From the NCBI GenBank assembly GCA_009914755.4, contig CP068257.2:9120001-9184000 (forward strand): a stretch of 64,000 nt of DNA, given 5' to 3'. A model generated the notes under the pieces. That model was not told where the DNA came from. It made no database searches and saw only the letters and a program-made list of their open reading frames with translations. The stretch is from the human T2T-CHM13v2.0 reference genome, Homo sapiens. Both the position numbers and the translations under genes were made by a program. This document shows, in pieces, positions 52,423-64,000 of this stretch (position 1 is the first letter of the stretch; each line of letters opens with the position of its first letter).

Positions 52423-53339
52423 CCACTAGAATACCACAGTAATAGTCGCCATAGGAAAGATTCATGGATGACTGCTGAAATTAGTGTCTGAAACATAAGG
52501 AAGAAACAGGATATTTGAATAACCTCAAATATCTGTGGCCAAAGATTTATTAATTACTGTACTGAATTTAACATATATCCACAAATTCTTTCATAGTTTT
52601 TCCTCCAGCAGGTGGAGTTTAATTTCCCTCCTTATGAAAGTAAGCTGGATTTAGTGCCTTGCTTGTAATAAATAGAGTTTTGGAAAAGTAAAAATAGTGA
52701 CCCTACAGTGAAAAAATCTGAAAGATTTGGCCTTATCCAAGTGATGGAGGTGAGCATCACCAGTGATAAGTAGTGTTGATGTCAAGCATCCCTGGAAATG
52801 ATGCAATGAGAAGGACATCACCACTGTGTTACCTTACCCCCAAATCCAGAATGCCAGTGCAATCTAGAGAAAAAATCCGCAATTGAGGAGCATTCTACAA
52901 AATACCTGACTAATACTCTTCAAAAGTGTCAAGTTCATGAGTAACAAGGGAAGACAGTGACGCTGTCACGGATTGGCAGAGACTAAGAAGACATAACAGA
53001 TGAATGCAACGTGGTATTCTGGATTGGATCCTTGAATAGGAAAAGGGCATTATTGGAAAAACTGTCAAAAAGCCAAATAAAGTCCATAGTTTAGTCAATA
53101 GTGTAGCAATGTTGATTTCTTAGTTTTGATAAATGTGTCATGGTTATATAACACGCTAAAATTAGGGGAGACTGGGTGGAAGGCTCACTGGAACCCTTTA
53201 TACTATCCTTACAACTTTTCTATAAATCTTAGTATTTCAAAGTTAAGTAAAAGTGAAAAATTGTGAAGTCCCTTCTTTCTTAAAACAAATCTAGGATGCT
53301 TGTTATGTGTTAACAATTCTTGTAAATGCAAATCACTTT

Positions 53340-54045
53340 GGAGAACAATAAATATTACCCAGAAAAACTGACCACTTTCAATCCCCATGACCTAGCAATT
53401 TTATTGATTGTATGTTTTTAAAAATGTGCCTGTGCCCAATATCACTAATTAATAGGGATGCATATCGAAACCGCAACAATGTACCACTTCCCAGCCGTTA
53501 GTTTGGCTACTACTAGAAAACAAAAACAAAAACAGATATTTGAACGCTTGACACTGCTGGTGGGAATGTAAAATGGTACAGTAACAATGGAAAACAGTTT
53601 GGAGGTTCTTCAAGAAATTGAAAATAGATATATCTTGTCATTCAGCATTTTCACTTCTGGGGATATATCCAAAAGAATTGAAAGTAGGGACCTAAACAAA
53701 TGTGTGTATACGCATGTCCATAGCAGCATTACTTGCATCAGCTAAAACATGGAAGCAACCCAAAGATCCATCAGTGGAAGAATAGATAAGCAAAATGTGC
53801 TACATACATACAATGAAATATTAATCAGCATTAAGAGGCAATGAAATTCTGAGACATACTACAACATGGATAAACCTTGAAGATTTTATGCTAAGTGAAA
53901 TAAGTCAGTCACAAAATGACAAATATTCTGTGATTCCCCTCATACAATATACTTAGTAAGACTCATGGGGACAGAAAGAAGAATGATGGTTGCCAGGGGC
54001 TGGGGGAAGGCAGAATGGAGAGTTATTGTTTGAAAGGTACAGAGG
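53340..54045 (+). mobile_element. Ancient L1M 3'-end, plus orientation, left part. It is split by the nested L1 insertion and continues at 60592-60770.
   Basis: gctggtgggaatgtaaaatggtacagtaacaatggaaaacagtttggaggttcttcaagaaattgaaaatagatatatcttgtcattcagc...catagcagcattacttgc...ggaagcaacccaaagatccatcagtggaagaatagataagcaaaatgtgctacatacatacaatgaaatattaatcagc...atgctaagtgaaataagtcagtcacaaaatgacaaatattctgtgattcc...gttgccaggggctgggggaaggcagaatggagagttattgtttgaaaggtacagagg. Confidence 0.9.
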
Positions 54046-57000
54046 TTTTTTTTTTTTAATTATTATTATTTCAATAGTTTTGAGAAAGCAGGTGGTGTTT
54101 GGTTACATGGATAAGTTCTTGAGTGGTGATTATGAGATTTTGGTGCACCCATCACCCAAGCAGTGTACACTGTACCCAATGTACAGCCTTTTGTCCCTTA
54201 TCACCCACTTCTCCTCAAGTCCCAGAGTCCATTATGTCATTCTTACGCCTTTGCGTCCCCATAGCATAGCTTCCACTTAAAAGTCAGAACATACGATGTT
54301 TGGTTTTCCATTCCTGAGTTACATCAGTTAGAATAGTGATCTCCAACTCCATCAAGGTTGCTGCAAATACCATTATTTCATTCATTTTTATGGCTGAGTA
54401 ATGTTCCATGGTATATATATACACCACATTTTCTTAATCCACTATTGATTGATGGGCATTTGGGCTGGCTCCTTATTTTTGCAACTGTTAAATTGTGCTG
54501 CTATAAATGTGTGTGCCAGTGTCTTTTTCATATAATGACTTCTTTTCCTCTGGGTAGATACTCACAAGTGGGATTGCTGGATCAAACGGAAGTTCCACTT
54601 TTAGTTCTTTAAGGAATTTCCATACTGTTTTTCATAGTGGTTATACTAGCTTATGTTTCTACAAGCAGTGTAAAAGTGTTCCCTTTTCACAACATCCATA
54701 CCAATGTCTATAATTTTTTGATTTTTAAAATTATGGCCATTTTTGCAGGAGAAAGGTGGTATTGCATTGTGGTTTTGATTTGCATTTCCATGATAATTAG
54801 TGATGTGCATTTCTTTATATGTTTGATGGCCATTAGTATATCTTCTTTTGAAAATTGTCTGTTCATGGCCTTAGCTCACTTTTTGATGTGTTTGTTTTTA
54901 TCTTGTTGATTTGTTTGAGTTTCTTGTAGATTATGAATATTAGTCCTCTATTGGATACATAGTTTGTAGTTTGCGAATCTTTTCTCCCACTCTGTGCATT
55001 GTCTGTTTACTATGATGATTATTTCTTTTGATTTGCAGAAGGTTTTTACTTTAATTAAGTCTCATTGGTTTATCTTTGTTTTTGTTGCATTTGCTTTTGA
55101 GTTCTTGATCATTAACTTTTTGCCTAGGCCAATGTCTAGAAGAGTTTTTCCAGTGTTATCTTCTAGAATTTTTATGGTTTCAGGTCTTAGATTTAAGTCT
55201 TTGATACATTTTGAGTTGATTTTGTATAAGGTGAGAGATGAGGATTTAGTTTCATTTCTGTACATGTGGCTTGCCAATTATCCCAGCAGCATGTGTTAAT
55301 AGGGGATCCTTTCTCCATTTTATGTTTTGTTTGCTTTGTGGAAGATCAGTTGATCATAAGTATTTGGCTTTATTTCTGGGTTCTCTATTCTGTTTTATTG
55401 GTCTATGTGCTTATTTTTTCATCAGTTCTATGCTGTTTTGGTAGCTATAGCCTTGTAGTATAGCTTGAAGTGAGATAACGTGATGCCTCCAGATTCGTTC
55501 TTTTTGCTTATTTAATCTTGCTTTGGCTATATGGGCTCTTTTTTGGTTCCATATGAATTTTAGGATTGTTTTTTCTAGTTCTGTGAAAAATGATGATGGT
55601 ATTTTGATGGGAATTGCATTGAATTTATAAATTGCTTTCAGCAGAATTATCCTTTTCACAATATTGATTCTACCCAACCACGAGCATAGGATGTGTTTCC
55701 ATTTGTTTGTGTTGTCTGTGATTTCTTTCAGCAGTGTTTTGTAGTTTTCCTTGCAGAGATTTTTCACATTTTTGTTGGGTATATTCTTAAGTATTTTACT
55801 TTTTTGTAGCTGTTGTAAAAGACATTGAGTTCTTTATTTGATTCTAAGCTTGGTCATTGTTGGTGTATAGCAGTGCTACTGATTTGTGTACATTAATTTT
55901 GTACCTGAAACTTTACTGAATTCATTTATTAGATCTATGAGCTTTTGGGATGAGTCTTTAGGGTTTTCTAAGTATACCATCATGTCAGTGGCATTAGCAA
56001 CAGTTTGACTTCCTCATTACTGATTTGGATGCCTTTTGTTTACTTCTCTTGTCTAATTGCTCCGGCTAAGACTTTCAGTACTATGTTGAATACAAGTGGT
56101 GAAAGTGGGCATCCTTGTTTTGTTCCACTGATCAGAGAAAATTCTTTGAGCTTTTCCCATTCAGTATGATGTTGGCTGTGGATTTGTCATAAATGACTTT
56201 TATTACCTTAAGGTATGTCCCTCTATGCTGTTTTGCTGAGGGTTTTAATCATAAAGGGATGCTGGATTTCATCAAATGCTTTTTCTGCATCTATTGAGGT
56301 GATCATATGATTTTTGATTTTACTTCTGTTTATGTGCTGTATCACATTTTTTGACTTGCATATGTTAAACCATCCCTGTATCCCTGTTATAAAACACACT
56401 TGATCATGGTGGATTATCTTCTTGATATGCTGTTGAATTGAGTTAGATAGTATTTTGTGGAGGATTTTCACATCTATGTTCATCGGGGATATTGGTTTGT
56501 AGTTTTCTTTTTTTTTGTTATATCTTTTCCTGGTTTTGGTATTAGGGTAATGCTGGCTTCATAGAATGATTTAGAGAGGATTCCCTCTTTCTCTATCTTT
56601 TGGAATAGTTTCAGTAGGATTGGTACCAATTCTTCTTTGAATGTCTGATAGAATCCAGCTGCTCCTGGACTTGTTGTTGCTGGCAGTTTTTTTTATTGCT
56701 GTTTTAATCTTGCTACTTGTTATTGGTCTGTTCAGAGTTTCTATTTTTTTCTGGTTTAATCTAGGAGGATTATGTATTTCCAATAATTTATCCAAATCTT
56801 TTAGGTTTTCTAGTTTGTGGACATAAAGGTGTTCATAGTAGCCTTGAATGATCTTTTGTATTTCTGTGGTATTAGTTGTAACATCTCCCATTTCATTTCT
56901 AATTGAGTTTACTTGGATCTCCTCTCTTTTTCTCTTGGCTAATCTTGCTAATAGTCTCTCACTTTTGTTTATGCAAAAAGAACTAGCTTTTTGCTTCATT

Positions 57001-57447
57001 TATCTTTTGTATTGTTTTTGTTTGCTTGTTTCAATTTTATTTAGTTCTACTGTGATCCTGGTTATTTCTTTTTTTCTGCTGGGTTTGGGTTTGGTTTGTT
57101 CTGGCTTCTCTAGTTCCTTGAGGTGTGACCTTGGGTTGTTTATTTGTGCTCTTTCAGACTTTTTGATGTAGGCATTCAATGCTATGAACTTTCCTCTTAG
57201 CACCACTTTTGCTGTGTCCCAGAGATTTTGATTGGCTGTGTCACTATTATTGTTCAGTTCAAATATATTTTTTAATTTCCATTTTTATTTTATTTAACCC
57301 CAGGATCATTCAGTAACAGATTATTCAGTTTCCATGTATTTGTATAGTTTTGATGGTTCCTTTGACAGTTAATTTGTAATTTTATTCCACTGTGGTCTGA
57401 GAGAGAGTATTTTACATAATTTCAATTTTCTTAAATTAATTGAGACA

Positions 57448-57756
57448 TGGTTTTTTTTTTTTTTTTTTTTTAGATGGAGTCTCACTCTTGTTGCCCAGGC
57501 TGGAGTGCAGTGGCATGATCTCAGCTCACTGAAACTTCCTCCGCCCAGGTTCAAGTGATTCTTCTGCCTCACCTTCCCTAGTAGCTGGGACTACAGGTGC
57601 ATGCCACTATGCCCAACTAATTGTTTTTGTATTTTTAGTAGAGACACGGTTTTGCCATGTTAGCCAGGCTGGTCTCAAACTCTTGACCTCAGGTGATCTG
57701 TCTGCCTTGGTCTCCCAAAGTGCTGGGATTACAGGTGTGAGCCACCACACCCGGCC
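57448..57756 (-). mobile_element. Alu inserted into L1 ORF2 region, minus orientation, short TSD gagaca
   Basis: tttttttttttttttttttttagatggagtctcactcttgttgcccaggctggagtgcagtggcatgatctcagctcactgaaac...gggattacaggtgtgagccaccacacccggcc. The flanks are attgagacatgg | ... | gagacacatt. Confidence 0.92.
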
Positions 57757-58263
57757 GAGACACATTTTGTGACCTATTATATAGTCTATTTTGGAGAATG
57801 TTCCATGTGCTGAGGAGAAGAACATATATTCAGCAGTTGTCGGATAGAATGTTCTGTAAACATCTGTTAAGTCCATTTGTTCTAGGGTGTAGTTTCCCAC
57901 TGTTTCTTTGTTGACCTGTATTTATGACCTTTCTAGTGGTCAGTGGAGTACTGAAGTGCCCACTATTATAGTGTTGCTGTCTATCTAATTTCTTAGGTCT
58001 CATGATAATTGTTCTATAAATTTTGGAGCTCCAGTGTTAGGTGCATATATATTTAGGATTGTGATTTTTTTCCTGTTGGACGAGTTTTTTGATCACTATT
58101 TAACTGTTGCTGATTTAAAGTATTTTCTGTCTGATACAAGAATGGATACTTCTACTCACTTTTGGTATCCATTTGTGTGGAATATCTTTTTCCACTTGGT
58201 TACTTTAGGTTTAGGTGAAGCCTTATGTGTTAGGTGCATCTCTTAAAGACAGCAGATACTTGA

Positions 58264-58594
<331 letters not shown>

Positions 58595-60591
58595 TGTATC
58601 TCTTAAGTGAAGCATTTAATCCATTTACGTTCAACATTAATATTGAGATGTGAAGTACTGTTCTATTCATCATGCTAGTTGTAGTCTCAATACGTTGTTT
58701 TTTAAATTGTGTTATTGTTTTATAGATCCTGTGAGATTTATGCTTTAAAGAGGTTCTATTTTGGTGTATTTTAGGTTTCATTTCAAGATTTAAGACTCCT
58801 TTTAGCATTTTTTGCAGTGCTGGCTTGGTAGTAACAAATTCTCTCAACATTTGTTTTTTTGAAAAATACTTTTTCTCTCCTTCATTTATGAAGCTTAGTT
58901 TCACTAGATATAAAATTCTTGACTGTTATTGTTTTGTTTAAGGGAGCTAAATATAGGACCCCATCCCTTCTGTCCTGTAGGGTTTCTGCTGAGAAATCTG
59001 TTGTCAATCTGATAGCTTTTTCTTTATAGGTTACCTGCTGCTTTTGCCTCACAGCTCTTAAGATTATTTCTTTCATCTTAACTTTAGATAACCTGATGGC
59101 TATGTGCATAGGTGATGATCTTTTTGTGATGAATTTTCCAGGTGTTCTTTGAGCTTCTTGTATTTGGATGTCTAGATCTCTAGCAAGGCCAGGGAAGTTT
59201 TCCCTGAGTATTCCCTCAAATAAGTTTTCCAAACATTTAGATTTCTTTTCTTCCTCAGGAATGCCAATTATTCTTATGCTTGGTTATTTAACAAAACCCC
59301 AAATTTCTTGGAGTCTGTTAATTTTTTAAAATTCTTTTTTCTTTGTCTTTTTTTTCAGTTAATTTGAAAGCCTTGTCATTGAGCTCTGAAGTTCTTTATT
59401 CTACTTGTTTTATTCTATTGTTGAAACTTTTCAGTTTATTTTGTATTTTTCTAAGTGTGTCTTTCATTTCCAGAAATTGTGATTGTCTTTGCTTTATGAT
59501 ACATGTTTCTCTGGAGACTTTTTCATCCATATACTGTATTGTTTTCAAAATTTCTTGAAGTTGGTTTTCACCTTATTCTGGTGCCTCCTTGAATAGCTTA
59601 ATAACCAACCTTCCAATTTTTTTTTTTTTTTTTTTTTTTTGGCAATTCAGAGATTTCTTCTTGGTTTGGATCCACAGCTGGAGAGCTAGTGTGATCTTTT
59701 GGGGGTACTATACAACTTGTTTTGTCATATTACCAGAATTACTTTTTTGGTTTCTTTTCATTTGGGTAGACTGTTTCAGTGGAAAGATCTGGACCTCAAG
59801 GGCTGCTATTCAGATTCTCTTGTCCCACATGGTGGTGCTCTCTTGATGTGTGCCCTCCCCCTTCCTCTAGGGATAGGGCTTCTTGAGAGCCAGATTGCAG
59901 TGATTGCTAATGCCCTTCTGGGTCTAGACACCCAGTGGGGCTACTGGGCTCCAGGCTGGTGCTGCAGAATGTCTGCAAAAAGTCCTGTGCTGTGATTTGT
60001 CTTCAGGTCTCCCAATTCTGGATAACAGCCCCTGCTCTGGTGGAGGTGGCAGGGGAGTGAAGTGAACTCTGGGATTTTTTGGTTGTTGTAATGTGATGGT
60101 TTTCTCAAATGCTGGTTATGCTAGCAGTGAAATTTTCACAGGGACAGACTCAGGACCTCTGGTTAGCCAGGATGTTGCAGGCAGTGGAATTAGCTGTTGT
60201 TTTCTCCTTCTATGAAGCAGGGTTGTTCTCTTATGAGTTGCTGTAATGGCTTGAGTTGGTTGGCCCCAGCCAGGAGGTGGCACTCTCAAGAGAGCACAAG
60301 CTACAGTTGTAGAAGGGGGCTACCACCTTGCCCTATGTTGGCCAGGATAAGTACTCGGGTTTCTCAGGTGATGGGCAGGGACATAGAGCTCCCAAGAGTT
60401 TATGTCTTTTGTCTTCGGCTACCAGGGCAGGTAGAGAAAAACTTTCAAAGGGTCTGTGAATTCTTTCAGTCTCCCTAGTATGTCCTTGGAACAGAAGTTC
60501 ACAATGTGAATCTCCAGACGCTGATCTGTTTGTCTAAATGGGAGCTGCATGTTAGTCCTGTCTCCTCTCTGGTGTTTTTTCTCTCCTACCT

Positions 60592-60770
60592 GAAAGGTAC
60601 GGAGTTTCAGTGTGGGATGATGGAAAGTGCTGGAGTGGATATTGGTGATGTCTGCACAACAATGGGAATGAATTTAATGCCACTGAGTTGTACATTTGAA
60701 AATCATTGAAATGGCACATTTTAGTTATGTATATCTTACCACAATAAAACATCAGTTAAAAGAATTTTAT
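60592..60770 (+). mobile_element. Continuation of the split ancient L1M 3' end (right part), ending in its A-rich tail
   Basis: tgaaaggtacggagtttcagtgtgggatgatggaaagtgctggagtggatattggtgatgtctgcacaacaatgggaatgaatttaatgccactgagttgtacatttgaaaatcattgaaatggcacattttagttatgtatatcttaccacaataaaacatcagttaaaag matches the L1M 3' end consensus ggtacagagtttcagtttgggaagatgaaaaagttctggagatggatggtggtgatggttgcacaacattgtgaatgtacttaatgccactgaactgtacactt...tattttaccacaataaaa. Confidence 0.9.
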
Positions 60771-61029
60771 TTATAGACCAAATATGTCTGTGCTCTATTT
60801 ATAACTCCTAGTATGTTAGGAATCACCCCAAGTACATGTTCCTAGGATTAATGCTTTCTAAAATAATCCTGTGGTCTGGTACGTATTCTCAAGGAAGGGA
60901 TTCCTGTTGAACCCAGCTTGAGGAATTCTTTGCTGTCTACTGCTCAGTGTCTGTTGACTGGAACGCTGGAGACGATGCAGCACACATTGGCCCCTGTGGT
61001 GCTCACATGATTTCCATGTGCTTTCCTCG

Positions 61030-61410
61030 GGTGGGATGCAGCATGGGAGTGCCGGGGTGTGGAGTGCAGCGTGTGAGTGCCGGGGTGTGGGGTGCAGCGT
61101 GGGAGTGCCGGGGTGTGGGGTGCAGCGTGGGAGTGCCGGGGTGTGGAGTGCAGCGTGGGAGTGCCGGGGTGTGGGATGCAGCGTGTGAGTGCCGGGGTGT
61201 GGAGTGCAGCGTGGGAGTGCCGGGGTGTGGGGTGCAGCGTGTGAGTGCCGGGGTGTGGGGTGCAGCGTGTGAGTGCCGGGGTGTGGGGTGCAGCGTGTGA
61301 GTGCCGGGGTGTGGGGTGCAGCGTGTGAGTGCCGGGGTGTGGGGTGCAGCGTGGGAGTGCCGGGGTGTGGGGTGCAGCGTGGGAGTGCCGGGGTGTGGAG
61401 GAGCAGCTGG
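61030..61410. repeat. G-rich 28-bp VNTR (about 13-14 copies), unit gcagcgtgggagtgccggggtgtggggt
   Basis: gtgggagtgccggggtgtggggtgcagcgtgggagtgccggggtgtggagtgcagc... repeated. The minus-strand 186-aa and 149-aa ORFs show a 28-aa period, which is the translation of this array. The core cggggtgtgggg resembles the insulin VNTR unit acaggggtgtgggg. Confidence 0.95.
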
Positions 61411-64000
61411 TGTTTCACGTTGCTGAACTAAAACCTTGGTTGCACTCAGCATTCAGATTCTGGGGACACTGTGGTGACCTGACACAGGGTAGCATAGAGA
61501 CGGCATTGCCCTCAGCCTGCTAGCAGCAGGAGGGTCGGGTTCCATCCTCAGCATGTGCGGGCTGCCCCTCGTCCGCAGCGGGAATCAAACTGACGCTGCA
61601 TATCTCTTAACAGTTTCAGATTTTGCCTCGTCCCATGTTTGGATGTGATGATTTGGGTTGGCTCTGGCCACTGGCAATACCCTGAGTTATTAGAAAATGT
61701 AAGGAGCTGTTCCTCATCCCTGTTTCCTGTGTCCTTAACCTTTCTCTGTTTTTAGTTTCTCAGCATTCAAGGGCTGAGCCAGTGCTCTTTAGTGAAGGAC
61801 TTCTACTTTGTGGATATGAACAATTTCTCCCCATTTCTCTTTCCCATCTTGTCTCTAACGTGGAGGGAAGGGAGTGATGTTTGTCCACAGCACCTTCGGC
61901 AACTATCATGACATGTTTGCGAGCGTCACCTTCTTGTGCTAGACTCATAGCCATGATGCATATTTGGCATATTTGGTGCTCAATAAATGACCTCACATAG
62001 ACACACAGCAACATGTGAAAAGCCAGTAGGAAGGAAGATCGACTGCCTCATACAAGGTCAGCAAACCTTTCTGTAAAGGGACAGAGAGTAAATATTTTTG
62101 GCTCTGTGGCCATATGGTCTCTGTCACAAATACTCAACTCTGCCAGTTAGAAAGCAGCCATGGACAAGAGGCAGGTGAACGGGCATGGCTGTTTCAATCA
62201 TCTTTATTTATAAAAAAAAAAAAAATGTGGGCCAACCTGGCCTTCAACCTGTAGCTTTCCAGCCTAGTATAACCTTTTCTTTAGCTATTCTCTTTTGTTT
62301 AGTCTTAGAGTTAATGACTATGTCGAAAAAGTCTTTGAGACCAGGAATAAAATTTAAGGAAAAATATGCTAATCACGTTATTTCCAAATTATAGGTAAAA
62401 TAAGTACAAATAATAGCAGATTACAGTGGGACTAGTTTAGTGAAAGACTAGAGGACATATAATAGAGGCACATGTAAAAATTATAGATAATAGTGTCAAC
62501 TTTCATAACTTAAAGTGAAAAATTTCTTTTACCATGTTTACTTTGCAGGCAGAAAAATAACATTAGTAAGGAATAATTGCTATTTCTTTTTGGTTATTTT
62601 TCTCTCATTCATATTAACTTTTCCTAAATTTCAAAACTGTTAGGCTCAATATCTCATAATCTGTATGAGGAGAATATTTTTGTATCATCTGCTCTGAAAA
62701 ACTAAACTGATTATATTCTCTACTAAACACCTGCTCATATCCTGTTAATGTCTCTAAGCAGAGGAAGAAATGGTTGCTCTAAACAGGTGACAAAGCCCTG
62801 ATTTTGCACACGTAAAGATTTCCTTGCTTCCCACAGGATGGGCATCTTTCCACTCATGGTAAGCCATCATTGTCTTCTTAGTTTATATTCACTGATTCAG
62901 TATTTCCTGAGTACCTGCTATGAGCCAAGCACTGCTCATAAGTTTTCTGTGCTTCAGCAAATCAGTGAGCAAAAGAGACAAAGATCTCCATCCTCAAGGT
63001 GCTTGTTTTTCACAGGGAGGGGCAGGTAGTCAACAATAAACACAATAAAGTGGGCAGTACAGAGTGGTAAAAGTGAACAGAATTATGGAGAACAGTAGGA
63101 CAGAGTGATGAGAGTGCAGAGCGCTGTGCTGTGTGTGTCTGGGTGGGGGAGGTTTCAGGGTTAAGCAGGGTGATCAGAGCAGTGGGTAGACCCCCTGAAA
63201 AGATGAAGCTTGAGACAAAATTTGAAAAAGATAAAGAAATAGATCATGGCTATCTGAGAGAAGAGACTTCCAAATGGAGAGCAGATAGAGCAAGGATCAC
63301 GAGACAGGTGCTTGCCACTTGCATCCATGGATGAGCATGGAGTCTGGCATGGCTGCAGCAGTGAGGGAGGGTGGAGCTTTCAGAGGGGAGGCTGGACTGG
63401 TATTGGGTCCAGACCATGGATGGCCTCAGAGCCCACCAGCTCAGAAGTGGGAAGTGATTGCAGGGTGCTGGGCAGAAGTGTGTCTAAAAGGAAGTCTCAA
63501 AGAATGCTTCTGACTGCTGTGCTCAGAGTAGACTGCAGGGGTCAGGGGTAGAAACAGTGGAGTCTGTGAGAGGCTTGAGCAACCTCCCAGTGAAAGATGA
63601 TGGTGACTCCAACCAGGTTGTAGCATTGGAGGTGGTGAGAAAAGCCAGATTTGGGTAGATCTTGAAAGTAGGACAATCACATTTTCTGAGGGATTGGAGG
63701 CAGGGCGTGAGAGAAAGAATGATGCTCAGGATGATGCTCAGGTTTTTGGCCTGTTGTATGTTAATAGAAATCCTCTCTATACAGAGATTTAAAAAGAAAA
63801 TGCTGTTGAAGTGTTATCCAATAACAACTACCCTTATATTTGTATTGTAACTTTATACTGTCAGATGAAAATGCCAACAGAATGTCTCTTCTGGTCTGAG
63901 AAGAATAGCCATGTATAAAGCCTGTCTGCAGCTTACTGTTCTCTAGCAGAGGTTGTGCTTTTATAGATAGCTCACTGGCTTGCTTCCTAGCAGAGGCTCC

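Noticed and set aside
60858-61452. 186-aa and 149-aa minus-strand Pro/His/Thr-rich ORFs
   Set aside because: They are translation of the 28-bp G-rich VNTR with a 28-aa period.

Overview
This window is primate nuclear DNA, almost certainly human or great-ape, because it contains an SVA element alongside many Alu, L1, MIR and MaLR copies. It is not a prokaryotic or viral locus. Well over half of it is interspersed or tandem repeat, and essentially all entries in the six-frame ORF track are repeat translations, GC-rich noise or L1 ORF remnants.

Interspersed repeats:
- At least 17 Alu copies or fragments, several with intact target-site duplications.
- A near full-length older L1 (L1PB/L1MA-class, minus strand, about 54046-60591) nested inside an ancient L1M 3' end. 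It carries a 14-15 bp target-site duplication and was later hit by two Alus.
- A complete SVA (minus strand, 39961-41423).
- A MaLR/THE1-like LTR element (48491-50762) and a solo THE1/MST LTR (52059-52422) with a 5-bp TSD.
- Several truncated L1M fragments and many MIR remnants.

Tandem arrays:
- A roughly 2 kb 18-bp minisatellite (23165-25140) containing an internally inverted block bounded by palindromic junctions.
- Two related triplet-periodic GGTGAT-type minisatellites (14507-15000 and 33118-33650) that are open in an Asp/Gly/Glu-rich frame.
- A 34-bp VNTR (42720-43400).
- A G-rich 28-bp VNTR (61030-61410) with an insulin-VNTR-like GGGGTGTGGGG core.
- Smaller tandem arrays.

Two CpG islands:
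- 25960-26720.
- 38930-39760. This one contains a perfect NRF1 palindrome (GCGCATGCGC), a CCAAT box, and a candidate ATG-plus-GTGAGT-donor first exon on the minus strand. The SVA sits immediately beside it.

The only convincing protein-coding homology is one exon-shaped segment (5537-5719, plus strand). It encodes the NCOR1 N-terminal region (DPAFGGKHEAPSSPISGQPCGDDQN...MDRVD*KIAKVEQQILKLKKKQ) with an intact acceptor and donor but an in-frame TGA. This is an unprocessed NCOR1-derived pseudogene exon, which implies the window lies in a segmental duplication.

I found no evidence of a novel biological system. Coordinates are eyeballed and may be off by 10-20 bp.
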